Shown here: one piece after another, positions 1 through 10,405 of the stretch | Numbering within the stretch: the stretch's first letter is position 1 | How the letters are laid out: each line of letters begins with the position of its first letter | Position numbers and translations under genes: made by a program | The notes under the pieces: model-generated | Databases searched by the model: none | The model's input: only the letters and a program-made list of their open reading frames with translations | Told to the model about the DNA's origin: nothing | Origin: Limnothrix sp. BL-A-16 | Lineage (GTDB): Bacteria; Cyanobacteriota; Cyanobacteriia; CACIAM-69d | Direction: 5' to 3' | Assembly (NCBI GenBank): GCA_041937175.2 | Contig: CP166615.1 | Coordinates: 1,280,001 to 1,344,000, forward strand | DNA length: 64,000 bases

Positions 1-331
1 CATCTTTTAAAAGGTAGTCTTGGGCCCCTTCGCGCAAGGAAGCCAACCCGATCGCCTCGTCATCCAACCCCGTCAGCACCACGATCGGCACATCAGCCAC
101 CGCCGATCGCACCCGCCGAATCGTATCCAGCCCGTAGCTATCCGGCAGGGCCAAATCCAACAGCACAATATCGTACCGCCGTTGATTCAACAGCGTCAGG
201 GCATCGCTCAGGCGATCGACCCTTCGCCAGCGAAATCCTTGGGTCGTCACCTTCGCCAAAATCATTTCCAATAATCGCGCATCCGTGGGATTGTCTTCCA
301 CGACCAGCACTTCAATCGCTGAGTCCCCCAC
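1..331 (-). CDS. Response regulator receiver-domain protein, 5' part only (runs off the left edge)
   Basis: Not in the ORF track. Manual translation from GTG at 331: MGDSAIEVLVVEDNPTDARLLEMIL...YDIVLLDLALPDSYGLDTI...PIVVLTGLDDEAIGLASLREGAQDYLLKD. Canonical REC motifs; AGGAGG SD at about 343-348. Confidence 0.9.
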   Translation of the reverse strand, partial: MGDSAIEVLVVEDNPTDARLLEMILAKVTTQGFRWRRVDRLSDALTLLNQRRYDIVLLDLALPDSYGLDTIRRVRSAVADVPIVVLTGLDDEAIGLASLREGAQDYLLKD

Positions 332-1278
332 CGCTGAATTAACCTCCTAGATCCTGTGGCCGCGCGATCGTGAGCGGCATGGCATGACTGACCTCAAATG
401 ACCTCGATCATTGTCAACTTCAGCCTAACCACCCAAACCTCAACCCCCAAGGGGATTGATTGGCAAAATTGCCGCCACCGGTTTGCCTAATCATTTCCGC
501 CCATTCGACTCCAGCAGTCCTCCCACCCAGAAAGCAATCAGACCTTGGGGCGGTTGTCTAGCAGAATCCCAGTGATCCTACTCATTTAACCAACCCCATG
601 ACCAGAACTTTCCCAAAGGTAAAGGCAAAGTAAAGGCATAGCCGAACTTCCAAGCATGTTCGACCCGTTAGGTCTATCTCATGCAAATTCCTGCCCTATA
701 CATCATGACCCATCTTTTTAAGACCAACCTTAAACTGGAAAGTCTTAGCAAGTGAGCTAATCAAACTCATGATTTTTGTCTAAGTATTAACGAGAGAAGC
801 CTATCAATCAATATTCTTGGATTGTCTTTATGCTGTGATAGAAACATCACTGTCCTTGAATATTTTCAAGATCAATCACGCACTCTCTATAGGCCAATTC
901 TTCAGTATTAACCTAAGTTTGGTCAAGGGATACCTGGACAATGTGCGAAATGTTACCAGAGTGATTACAGAGTGAAATATATCAATTTTAGCTAATAATT
1001 TGATCGCCAGTGGTCACATTTGATTATGCAAGCCGCTTGTCCAATTTGCTCGATTTTTTTCCAATCAAAAATCATATTAAAATTAATTGACTCTTCAAAT
1101 AAGCAACCAAATAAATAACCAAGTAAATTAATTTCTGCATCAAGGATTTACACGATCTTACATCATTGTTTTAAACTTTATGTTGTCAGCAATCAAAAAT
1201 TATCTATTTTATTTTCGGGGTTTGTTTTTAGGCTTCATTTCCAGACTTTATTTTCAAACAGTAAACCGATGATGCCTT

Positions 1279-1719
1279 TTAGAACCTTGGAGAGGGTAAT
1301 TTCACAGAACGCAACCAAAACGCCTCGATCGCCAATAACGTTTCTAAAAGACTATGTAAACTATCTGGCTTGGTAATGTAGGCATTGGCTTGCAATTCAT
1401 AGCATCTGCGAATATCTTCTTCTTGATCAGAAGTGGTCATGACAATGACAGGAATAATTTTCAGTGATGGATGTTTTTTAATTGCTTCTAAGACTTCATA
1501 GCCACTACGACGGGGTAGGTTCAAATCTAAAAGAATTAAGTCGGGCCAGTATTTTTCAGGAACTAATGCTGTTTTCTCTAAAAACTTGATTGCCTCTTCG
1601 CCATCTCGCACCAAGTGTAATCGATGGGGAATGTTCAGCCGTCCAAACAGCCTTTCTGTTAGCCTGGCATCAACCGCAGAATCTTCAATGAGTAAAACTT
1701 CAATATTTTTTGCTGGCAT
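1279..1719 (-). CDS. Single-domain response regulator, Rcp1-like
   Basis: VLLIED, DLILLDLNLP, PVIVMTTS, ANAYITKP and the C-terminal FWL..VKLP typical of Rcp1-type regulators; lies downstream of a Cph1-type kinase module. Confidence 0.92.
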   Translation of the reverse strand: MPAKNIEVLLIEDSAVDARLTERLFGRLNIPHRLHLVRDGEEAIKFLEKTALVPEKYWPDLILLDLNLPRRSGYEVLEAIKKHPSLKIIPVIVMTTSDQEEDIRRCYELQANAYITKPDSLHSLLETLLAIEAFWLRSVKLPSPRF

Positions 1720-2119
1720 TATAACGACATCCTAACAATCTGGTCACTGCCTGCTCATTTGCTGAAAGGGGTAATGATTCTGAAATTGGGGGTCATTATT
1801 AATGGGATTATATTCCTATTGACTCATCATTCCTATTCACTCACAAACTCACTCATTCACCAATCCTTCGATCGATCAACAAGCCCTGCACAGTTCGATC
1901 GAGAACCCCTCGATTGAGAAATTCTGCTGTTGTTTGGCAATTACTCCATTAAACCCACTTAACCAATTCAGCCCCTTGCACTCATGGCACTCATTGGGCT
2001 GGCCCAACTCAAACGATTGGACAATTCAATAACAATCATTAGCTTTAATGACACGGCCGAAAACCTATGGCACGGGCGATCGAGCGGAATTAAACATCAA
2101 TCCTACAGGGTTGCGATCG

Positions 2120-5100
2120 CTAGCTGGGGCTAAAACTTAGCTCCGTGATGGGAATGGTTTCGGGCTGGTCGGGAATCGTAAACCAGAATGATGATCCTTG
2201 GCCGAGTTGAGATTGCACTCCGATCGAGCCACCGTGACGCTCAATAATTTTCCGACAGATGGCTAACCCAATGCCAGTCCCTTCATATTCTTCACGGTTA
2301 TGGAGTCTTTGGAAAATATTAAAAATTCGCTCGCTATATTGTGGGTCAATCCCAATGCCATTATCAATGACCTGAAAACGCCAATGATGTTCTTCATGAT
2401 TGGCAGTAATGGTAATGACAGGATTGGATTTGCCCCGAAATTTTAGGGCATTGCCAATTAGGTTTTGAAAAAGTTGTGCCAATTGCATGGCATCGGCCAA
2501 AACAATGGGCAAATTTTTAGCCTGAATCGTGGCCTGATTATCTTGAATTGCTAATCGTAAGTTATTGAGTACGATATCAATAATCTGGCTACAATCCACC
2601 GGTTCTAGGGTTCGGCCGCGAGTTTCTACTCTGGAATAGGCCAAAAGATCTCGAATCAGTTGGCGCATTCGTTGGCCACTGTCGATGATGAATTGCAAAT
2701 ATTCTTGGGCATTTTGATCAAGCTGGGGGGCGCATTCTTCCGTGAGCATTTCTGAGAAAGCAATGATGCCACGCAGGGGTTCTTGCAAGTCATGGGAAGC
2801 GACGTAGGCAAATTGTTGAAGCTGTTCGTTGGAGCGCCGCAATCCTTCAATGGCTCGGGTGCGTTCTTCAAGGAGGTGGGCTTGGTAAAGGGCAATACTC
2901 AGTTGCCCGGCCAGTTGTTGTAACAGGTCAATTTCAAAGGAAGTCCAATGCCTTGGCCCCTGACATTGCTGAAGGCAAAGCAGTCCCAACAGAATGGTGG
3001 CCGGCTGTAGACGATCGGTCAGCACTTCCGGGGGCACAAATCCAAGGGCACTGGGATTGAAGTGAACGGCGGCGATGGTGACGGGGACGATCACTTGGCT
3101 GCGAATGCTGAGGCCGTCGATGCAACTGCGCTGTTCGGGGGACAGTTGCAGTTGGGTGAGGTCGTCTTCGCAGGAAATTTGCCCCTGCCAGTAGCGATCG
3201 AGGTTGGGGTGGGTGTTGTCTAAGTTGAGGGTGCAACACCAGGTGTGGCTGGGGTCGATCGCCCCAAAGGGCTGGGCGAGGGCTTCGGCGGCGATCGATC
3301 CGTTGCCGTCCGCTTGGCAACGGTAAAACATCACGCGATCGGCTTTGAGGGTTTTTTGCAGTTCGCTGACCGTGCGCCCCAAGATCACCTGAATATCCAA
3401 GGATTGGCGAATTTTGAAGGCGATCGAGGCGAGCAGTTGCCGATAGCGGTTTTGGTTGTTGCGCTGGAGGGCGGCTTCTCGCTCTTGGGTAATGTCACGG
3501 GCACTGCCCAGGAGCTTAATCACACGGTTCCAGGCATCGCGGATGGGCACTAAGCTGGTGTGCCAAATCCGCTGTTTACCCCGAATCATCAGTTCTTCTT
3601 CGCAACGGATGGTGTCCCGGCCAGCCACGCAGGCTCGAAACCGGGCGATGATCGGCGTGGCACAACTGGGGGGAAACAGGTCTTGGGGCGATCGACCGAT
3701 GATGTGGGTGGCGCGGTGTTCCAAGGCCCGTTCAAAGGCGGGGTTCACGGTTTCGTAGGTGAAGCGTCCGTCTGGATGGACATTAACCAGAAAAATTCGT
3801 TCATCCGATCGCTCAAAAATGCTGGAGTAGAGCGCTTCGGAGGCTCGCAGTCGATCTTGGGTAGCTTGGCGATCGTACCAGGCGTAGATGGTGTCCCCAA
3901 TGGTTTGCAGAATTTGCAGGTCTTGGGCTAACCAGGAACGCGCTTGATGAACACAAAGCACCAAGGCTCCCCAGAGGGCATCCCGGCGATCGTGAATGGC
4001 GGCGATGAGCACGGAGTTGGCTCCCAAGCAGTTGAGCCACTCGGTCACGGCGGAATCTTCCGATTGCAGGGCCTGTCGGGACTCAATCACCACGGCTCGA
4101 TCGCGCCCTAATTGTTCTGTCCAAAGGGGTGGCAAATGGCCCCCAAGGCGATTAAAGTCTCGTACCACGGGCATTTGATTCTCTTCGTGCCACTCGCAGG
4201 CCAAATTCAACAGGGGGCGTTCCATGGGCCCATGGAGCAGCAAGACCCGATCGGCCAGCATGGCTCGTCCCACCGCTTCCAAAACAGACCCAAACCGCAC
4301 ATCATCATCGGCAGTCACCAACAGACGTGCCACATAGGCCACCACGCTTTCCAGGCTGAGGCGATAGCGCAAGTCTGCTTCTACCCGCTTGCGATCGCTC
4401 ACATCCCGAATGGCCACGGCATAGGCCGGCTCCCCCAACCACTCGATCGGGGACACATTCAAATCGCCCACGCCCACGGAACCATCGGGGTGCAGGATAT
4501 CAATTTCTGTGGTTTTCTCAGAGCCGATCGGAATTCCCAGGTGTTCGCCCACCAACTGTTCCGGCGATCGCCCAAAAAGCTGACAGGCCGCCGGGTTGGC
4601 ATAGTCAATTCGCCCCTCACGGTTCACAATCACGATCCCATCGATCGTGTGATCCAACACCTGATCCAAGACCGCTAACCAAGATTGGGATGCGGCTTGC
4701 GACCAATCGGCTGCTCCCAAGGTTGGCAGGCGATCGCCTTGAATGGCGGTAATTTCGCCTTCGGTGGGCACTATTTTCGGCCCGTTGCCCTCGGCACTTG
4801 GGGTAGGCGGCATGGCAACCGCCTCGATCGAGTTTTTGGGGTTAATTTCAGGATTAACTTCGGGGCTGGTGTCAACGTTAATTTCGGGGCGAATTCCAGG
4901 ATCAGAGCTGGTTTCCGGTCTAATTTCAGGCCTAATCTCAGGTCTAATTTCAGGCCTAATCTCAGGTCTAATCTCAGGGTCGGTGAACAAACTCTCAGCG
5001 GCTATCCCAGCCCGATCGCTGCTAGGGCCCGAAAAACCACCCCCCAAGGCAATTCTCAAGCCGGGTAGCACCGTGGTTGACGGCACTCCGGGCCACTGGT

Positions 5101-6061
5101 CGGCGGGGTTGGCCGGCGGGGCTTGCGGTTGCCGGCCCATTGGCGCGGCCGAGGGCAACCCGATTGTCAATTCCGAATCGCCACTAGGCTGCAATCCTGA
5201 TTCTGAACGGGCTGACAAGTCCGCTGTCCATGGGGCGATCGGATGGGTGGAATCGTGATCGTTGTCTTCCCGATCGCAACTGGCCGTGGTGAGCAGGGGT
5301 TGCTCGATCGAAGGCAACCCCGGGGCGCAATTGATAACTGCACCAGGGATGATGCCCGGAGTTGCCCCCGTCCTTGAGTGGAGAGCCGGGTTGATCGTCG
5401 AGTTTTCGATCGGGCCGGCGATCAGACTGCTGGCAAATTGGGTTCCTGAATTCAGTCTCTCCGCGCTGGCACGCACAATCACCGCAGCCGAATCCGCGAT
5501 TTCACCCATTTCTTCCGCAAAAGGAGCCGCCAACGCCAACTGCCGTTCCCAGTTGGCCAACACCCCTTGCACCAACCGCAGCGATCGCCCCAACCGGATC
5601 AGGCCTCCCGTGGCCGCCAACGCCGACCACACCAAAGCATCCAACGCACCTGCCTCAATGGCCGCCACTTCCGCAGCGGGCGAGTCTACCAACACCACCA
5701 ACAAGCGGGCGATCGAGACCTGATATTGTTCATCAGCCACCCCGGACAAGGGCATCGCAACCGGTGACCCAGGGGGGAGCAAACACCGCCACAACGGCTC
5801 TCCCTGCTCATTCACCACCGCCCCATCCACCACCAATAACCCCGTTGGCCACAGGGAACTGTCATTCACCAACCATTGCTGCTGGGCGATCGCTCCATCA
5901 ACGATCGCAGCGGACTGGGCCCAGTGCGTATCCACCTGCGCCAGCCACTGCACCACCTGCTCTGCCCGATCGCGATCGGCACAGACCACCGTTGTTGGCA
6001 AAACCCGATATTCCATCTCCCAATGGTACGCAGAACCGCCAATCGCGTGCTGCAACCTCAA
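2120..6061 (-). CDS. Multi-sensor histidine kinase (degenerate REC, long linker, PAS, GAF, PAS, GAF, HisKA, HATPase)
   Basis: H-box FAYVASHDLQEPLR, N-box QNLIGNALKF, G boxes DNGIGI and GTGIGLA; PAS (YANPAACQLFG, VNPAFER) and GAF (ADRV) motifs. The start may be downstream (about 6016). Confidence 0.92.
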   Translation of the reverse strand: MRLQHAIGGSAYHWEMEYRVLPTTVVCADRDRAEQVVQWLAQVDTHWAQSAAIVDGAIAQQQWLVNDSSLWPTGLLVVDGAVVNEQGEPLWRCLLPPGSPVAMPLSGVADEQYQVSIARLLVVLVDSPAAEVAAIEAGALDALVWSALAATGGLIRLGRSLRLVQGVLANWERQLALAAPFAEEMGEIADSAAVIVRASAERLNSGTQFASSLIAGPIENSTINPALHSRTGATPGIIPGAVINCAPGLPSIEQPLLTTASCDREDNDHDSTHPIAPWTADLSARSESGLQPSGDSELTIGLPSAAPMGRQPQAPPANPADQWPGVPSTTVLPGLRIALGGGFSGPSSDRAGIAAESLFTDPEIRPEIRPEIRPEIRPEIRPETSSDPGIRPEINVDTSPEVNPEINPKNSIEAVAMPPTPSAEGNGPKIVPTEGEITAIQGDRLPTLGAADWSQAASQSWLAVLDQVLDHTIDGIVIVNREGRIDYANPAACQLFGRSPEQLVGEHLGIPIGSEKTTEIDILHPDGSVGVGDLNVSPIEWLGEPAYAVAIRDVSDRKRVEADLRYRLSLESVVAYVARLLVTADDDVRFGSVLEAVGRAMLADRVLLLHGPMERPLLNLACEWHEENQMPVVRDFNRLGGHLPPLWTEQLGRDRAVVIESRQALQSEDSAVTEWLNCLGANSVLIAAIHDRRDALWGALVLCVHQARSWLAQDLQILQTIGDTIYAWYDRQATQDRLRASEALYSSIFERSDERIFLVNVHPDGRFTYETVNPAFERALEHRATHIIGRSPQDLFPPSCATPIIARFRACVAGRDTIRCEEELMIRGKQRIWHTSLVPIRDAWNRVIKLLGSARDITQEREAALQRNNQNRYRQLLASIAFKIRQSLDIQVILGRTVSELQKTLKADRVMFYRCQADGNGSIAAEALAQPFGAIDPSHTWCCTLNLDNTHPNLDRYWQGQISCEDDLTQLQLSPEQRSCIDGLSIRSQVIVPVTIAAVHFNPSALGFVPPEVLTDRLQPATILLGLLCLQQCQGPRHWTSFEIDLLQQLAGQLSIALYQAHLLEERTRAIEGLRRSNEQLQQFAYVASHDLQEPLRGIIAFSEMLTEECAPQLDQNAQEYLQFIIDSGQRMRQLIRDLLAYSRVETRGRTLEPVDCSQIIDIVLNNLRLAIQDNQATIQAKNLPIVLADAMQLAQLFQNLIGNALKFRGKSNPVITITANHEEHHWRFQVIDNGIGIDPQYSERIFNIFQRLHNREEYEGTGIGLAICRKIIERHGGSIGVQSQLGQGSSFWFTIPDQPETIPITELSFSPS
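4919..4978 (-). repeat. In-frame 12-bp tandem repeat x5 encoding PEIR in the kinase linker
   Basis: (T/C)CTAAT(T/C)TCAGG five times on the + strand, with degenerate copies (PEIN, PEVN) adjacent. Confidence 0.9.
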
Positions 6062-6460
6062 ACACCCAAATTAAACTTCAATCAAACCGCAAATTCTGTC
6101 AGTTACCAATCTGGGCAGCTATTGTCAACCGCCATACCTTCAACGCGATCCAGCATTTTCGCCAGCGACCTTTGGCAGGGTTCCCTTAATTAGACGATTG
6201 AGAAACACCGACCCATATCCAAGTCAACATTCAAATTAATATCCAGACTGAACAGAGATCAAATTTCAGCCCTTGAATCATCATCCCAGCGCCATTAAAT
6301 CACCCTTAAAACACCATCAATCCGAATTGAGCATGGTTAAATAAACCATGAAGGCTGGTCAAGGGCTGACGAAAATCGCCAAGTCCTCAGTTCTTGACTC
6401 GTGATTTTTCCGCTCTTGTTAACTTCTATTCTTCTCTAGACTTTCTTTTTCCTCAGAGCC

Positions 6461-6667
6461 ATGGCCGAATCTCTCGCGTTGATTGACGATGACAACTGGG
6501 CTGCCAACTTAGAGCAAGTGATTCGTAATGCTCAAGATGGCGACACCATTATTGTTCCCAATTTTTCAGTTCAAGCCCTTGCTGAACGCGCCAAAGACGA
6601 GTTATATCCTGACAAACTACTGCTCTTTGTGGTTCCGGAAAATACCAGCTCCGAAATCAGCAATTAG
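6461..6667 (+). CDS. Small hypothetical protein (68 aa)
   Basis: ATG-started ORF with protein-like acidic composition; no competing ORF. Confidence 0.65.
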   Translation: MAESLALIDDDNWAANLEQVIRNAQDGDTIIVPNFSVQALAERAKDELYPDKLLLFVVPENTSSEISN

Positions 6668-6805
6668 GAAAAATTAAGCCAGCATCATCAAACAACAATC
6701 GGCAGACCGCATCAAATCAATTCAGGAACTGAAAATTCAGGGGCTTAATTGACCTAGAACATTCATTAAAGCCTCCCCTTTTGGTTGAATTGTTGAAGTA
6801 CTCGC

Positions 6806-7093
6806 TTAGTTAATCTGCTTGATTGTGTTTGATGATGAGTTGGGCTTGGGCCAAAACCAGAGCAATTGCGGCCAAATCGTTTGCAAAACCAAGGCGGTTC
6901 CCGATCGCCAGTGCTCGGGAGCCGCCTGTTGTTGTTTGAGGATTTGTAACCGGTGACTCAGTGATCGCCAGTAGGCGATCGAAAACCCCGTCAAATAGGT
7001 GGCCAAAATCAAGCCCAAACCATGCTGAATGAAAAAACTTCCCCAGTGATACCCAAGAATCATCGGAATGGCGACACGATTGTGAATGGTCAC
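6806..7093 (-). CDS. Possible small membrane protein
   Basis: Hydrophobic stretch GLGLILATYLTGFSIAYW and a second one near the C-terminus; family not recognised. Confidence 0.4.
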   Translation of the reverse strand: MTIHNRVAIPMILGYHWGSFFIQHGLGLILATYLTGFSIAYWRSLSHRLQILKQQQAAPEHWRSGTALVLQTIWPQLLWFWPKPNSSSNTIKQIN

Positions 7094-7281
7094 TCAATCA
7101 GTTCAAAATCCTGAAAAAATTGAGCCAATCCATTATATCGGAAGGCTAGATACCGTGAGTCCAGACATCACAAGCCCGAGTGTTACAGAGCCAGATGTTG
7201 TAGGGGCAGATATCACAGGATGCGCGCAAGCTAGATACCCAAAAGCTCATTAGCAAACTAACTGCTCAACCCATTACTGAG

Positions 7282-7482
7282 CTAATTTGCGCAACTGAGC
7301 CAGCCACGACGCACGGCATGAACAATTCGATCGATCGCGGCCAAATCTTCGAGATCTAACGAGCAGCTCAACAAAGCACGGGACAGGCCCCAGCGATCGC
7401 TCATGGTCAGGCAGCGGGATTCCCAAACGCGCGAAAACAGCTCTGCCAACATATCTTTGTAGAACCAGGTTGTTTGCGACAT
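7282..7482 (-). CDS. Small cyanobacterial conserved hypothetical protein (66 aa)
   Basis: LTMSDRWGLSRALL...IDRIVHAVRRGWL resembles a small cyanobacterial protein family (from memory). GGGAGGT SD 8 nt upstream of the ATG at 7482. Confidence 0.75.
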   Translation of the reverse strand: MSQTTWFYKDMLAELFSRVWESRCLTMSDRWGLSRALLSCSLDLEDLAAIDRIVHAVRRGWLSCAN

Positions 7483-8190
7483 GTCTGTGAACCTCCCAGG
7501 GCATTTCAGAATTGGATTGCTAACAAAAAATTCGATGTTGATGTATCGGGTTTCAGTGCTCAGTGCCATAATCTTTGGGGTTGGTTAAGGATTAGCGAAA
7601 CAGGACGAAAGCCAGCGATTGGAGACAACTAATTTTTAAGAGTGATGAAGGCACTGGGCACTTGCGAATTAGTTATCTCGATGACATTAAATATGCCGTG
7701 ATTTTGGCTTGAATGTTGTGATTCATCTGTAATTCAATCCGTGATTATTTCCCTGCAATCACGTGACGAAAGCCCATGATTGTGGGTAGTAATTTCACAG
7801 GCCAAGCGTGATCCACTGACAGAGGTGTTGTGATCCCGATCGCCCGGTGATCCCCCGCCGGGGCCCAACCCCTTGGGGCCGCCGCCTCTTGCTCGCTGCC
7901 CACCGCAACGACCATGGTTCATCTGGGATGATTGAGCAGGCTCGTTTGGATCCCGAGATCACCAACGCCTTTCACCGATTCCTTTAGCCTGAACCTAGGC
8001 TTCGCCGCGCGATCGCCCCGGAACAATCACACCTTGGCCCAGCTTCCATGCATTTCTGGGCAACCGCGATCGCGTCAAAACTTACAGAATCACGGCCAGC
8101 CCCTGCGTTATCACGGGCCAAGGGGCGATCGACCCCATCACCCATCCCCCGAGCTTCGGCTAGCGATCGCCCAACCAGATTCATCCTTTA

Positions 8191-9669
8191 TTGACCCAAC
8201 CCCGAAAGCCCATGACTCGGCCCACGCATCCGCCTATGAATGTGGACTCCTACAATCCAGGGGACTTTTACGATGAGATGTTTGCCGGCCCCGGTCAGCC
8301 CCGCCCCGAAGCCCAATTTTTGGTCGATCGCCTCCGATCGCTATCGGCCGCCGAGTTAAGCCAACGCCAAGAAGCCGCTCAAATTGCTCTCTTTCGGCAG
8401 GGGGTCACCTTCAATGTGTATGGGGCCAGCGAAGGCATTGAGCGAGCCTTTCCCTTCGATATCATTCCGCGCATTATTAACGCCCAAGAATGGCAAATCC
8501 TCGAACAGGGTCTGAAACAGCGAATTCATGCCCTGAATTGCTTTTTACAGGATATCTATAGTGACCAAAAAATTATTGCAGATGGTATTTTGCCCCGCGA
8601 TTTAATCGAATCCGCCAAGGGTTTTTTGCAGCCTTGCATGGGATTGCAGCCCCCCAAGGGCATTTGGTGCCATGTGACCGGAACTGACTTGGTGCGCGAT
8701 CGCCAAGGGCAGTTTTATGTGCTCGAAGATAACCTGCGTTGCCCGTCGGGCATTTCCTACGTTTTGGAAAATCGGCGCGTGATGAAAAGCACCTTCCCCA
8801 AGGTCTTTGAAAACGCCAACATTCAGGCGGTGGATGAATATCCGTCGCGATTATTGGAAACGCTGCTGAACCTTACGCCCGATCGCCTGGCCAATCCCAC
8901 CGTCGTTGTGCTCACACCGGGGATCTACAATTCCGCCTACTTTGAGCATTCTTTCCTGGCTCAACAAATGGGCGTGGAACTGGTAGAGGGGCGAGACCTG
9001 GTGGTGGCCGATGGCTATTTACAAATGCAAACCACCAAGGGACTGCAACGGGTGGATGCTATTTATCGACGAATTGACGATGATTTCATCGATCCCCAGG
9101 TGTTTCGCTCCGATTCTATGTTGGGTGTGCCGGGGCTAACGGATGTGTATCGATCGGGACGAGTGGCGATCGCCAATGCGCTGGGAACCGGCGTGGCCGA
9201 CGACAAGGCGGTTTATGCCTACGTGCCCAAAATGATCCGCTACTACCTGGATGAAGAGGCCATGATTCCCAACGTGCCCACCTACCTTTGTTGGGAACCG
9301 GCGGACTTGACCTATGTGCTGGAGCATTTGGATTCGCTGGTGGTCAAGGCGGCCAACGAATCCGGGGGCTATGGCATGTTGATTGGCCCCCAATCCACCG
9401 CCGAACAACAGGCCGATTTTGCCGATCGAATCCGGGCTAACCCCCGCAACTACATTGCCCAACCCACCCTCTGCCTGTCGCGGGTTCCCACCCTGCTCGA
9501 TGGGGAATTTGAGGGCTGCCATGTGGATTTGCGCCCCTACGTTCTCTACGGGGAGGATATCTATGTGCATCCCGGCGGTCTGACACGGGTGGCCCTGCGC
9601 CGGGGATCGCTGGTGGTCAACTCTTCCCAAGGGGGCGGTTCCAAGGACACTTGGGTGCTGATGGATTAG
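8191..9669 (+). CDS. Circularly permuted type 2 ATP-grasp protein
   Basis: Family motifs LEDNLRCPSGISY, NSAYFEHSFLA, YRRIDDDFIDP, HVDLRPY, LVVNSSQGGGSKDTWV. The true start may be ATG 8212 or 8236. Confidence 0.93.
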   Translation: MTQPRKPMTRPTHPPMNVDSYNPGDFYDEMFAGPGQPRPEAQFLVDRLRSLSAAELSQRQEAAQIALFRQGVTFNVYGASEGIERAFPFDIIPRIINAQEWQILEQGLKQRIHALNCFLQDIYSDQKIIADGILPRDLIESAKGFLQPCMGLQPPKGIWCHVTGTDLVRDRQGQFYVLEDNLRCPSGISYVLENRRVMKSTFPKVFENANIQAVDEYPSRLLETLLNLTPDRLANPTVVVLTPGIYNSAYFEHSFLAQQMGVELVEGRDLVVADGYLQMQTTKGLQRVDAIYRRIDDDFIDPQVFRSDSMLGVPGLTDVYRSGRVAIANALGTGVADDKAVYAYVPKMIRYYLDEEAMIPNVPTYLCWEPADLTYVLEHLDSLVVKAANESGGYGMLIGPQSTAEQQADFADRIRANPRNYIAQPTLCLSRVPTLLDGEFEGCHVDLRPYVLYGEDIYVHPGGLTRVALRRGSLVVNSSQGGGSKDTWVLMD

Positions 9670-9680
9670 GCATTGCAATC

Positions 9681-9718
9681 AAAAAAAATCACCCAACCGA
9701 TCGGGCTGGGTGACTCTT
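9681..9718. terminator. Probable intrinsic terminator between the convergent ATP-grasp gene and rpsD
   Basis: TCACCCA...TGGGTGA stem preceded by an A8 run (U-tract on the minus strand). Confidence 0.6.
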
Positions 9719-9796
9719 GAAATGCTTTTTTGGCACTGGATCCAGAAACCTGAATCCCAAATTTGCATAGAAGTGGGGAATCTGGCCCCAACGAAC

Positions 9797-10405
9797 CTAA
9801 GCTTGGCGAGAGTAGTACTCAACCACCAGCAGTTCGTTGATTTGCAGCGCCACCCACTCGCGATCGATCACGCTGTTCACCTTGCCGGTCAACTTTTCCT
9901 TGTCAAATTCCAGGTGGCTGGGCATGTTGGCCAAGCCGGGGAATTGCAGGTTGTTTTCCACAATTTTGCGCGATTGATCTTTCGGCCGCACCGTGACCAC
10001 GTCCCCAGGACGGCACTGATAGCTAGCCACGTCCACGCGCCGGCCGTTGACCATGATGTGACCATGGTTCACCAACTGACGAGCGGCGGGAATGGTGGGA
10101 GCCATGCCCAAACGGAACACGGTGTTATCTAGGCGCATTTCCAGCAGTTGCAACAGCACCGTTCCCGTGGAACCGGCTGCCCGACGAGCTTTCCGAACGT
10201 AGCGCAACATTTGGCGCTCGCTGACACCATAGTTAAACCGCAGCTTTTGCTTTTCTTCCAAGCGCACGGCATATTCCGAGCGCTTTTTGCGGTTTTGGCC
10301 ATGTTGTCCGGGCGGATAGGCACGCTTGGCACTCTTGCGGGTCAAACCCGGCAGCTCGCCCAAACGACGCACAATGCGGAGACGCGGACCTCTGTATCGA
10401 GACAT
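9797..10405 (-). CDS. rpsD: 30S ribosomal protein S4
   Basis: [16 protein letters not shown]...LEMRLDN...[10 protein letters not shown]...VVEYYSR. Confidence 0.99.
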   Translation of the reverse strand: MSRYRGPRLRIVRRLGELPGLTRKSAKRAYPPGQHGQNRKKRSEYAVRLEEKQKLRFNYGVSERQMLRYVRKARRAAGSTGTVLLQLLEMRLDNTVFRLGMAPTIPAARQLVNHGHIMVNGRRVDVASYQCRPGDVVTVRPKDQSRKIVENNLQFPGLANMPSHLEFDKEKLTGKVNSVIDREWVALQINELLVVEYYSRQA

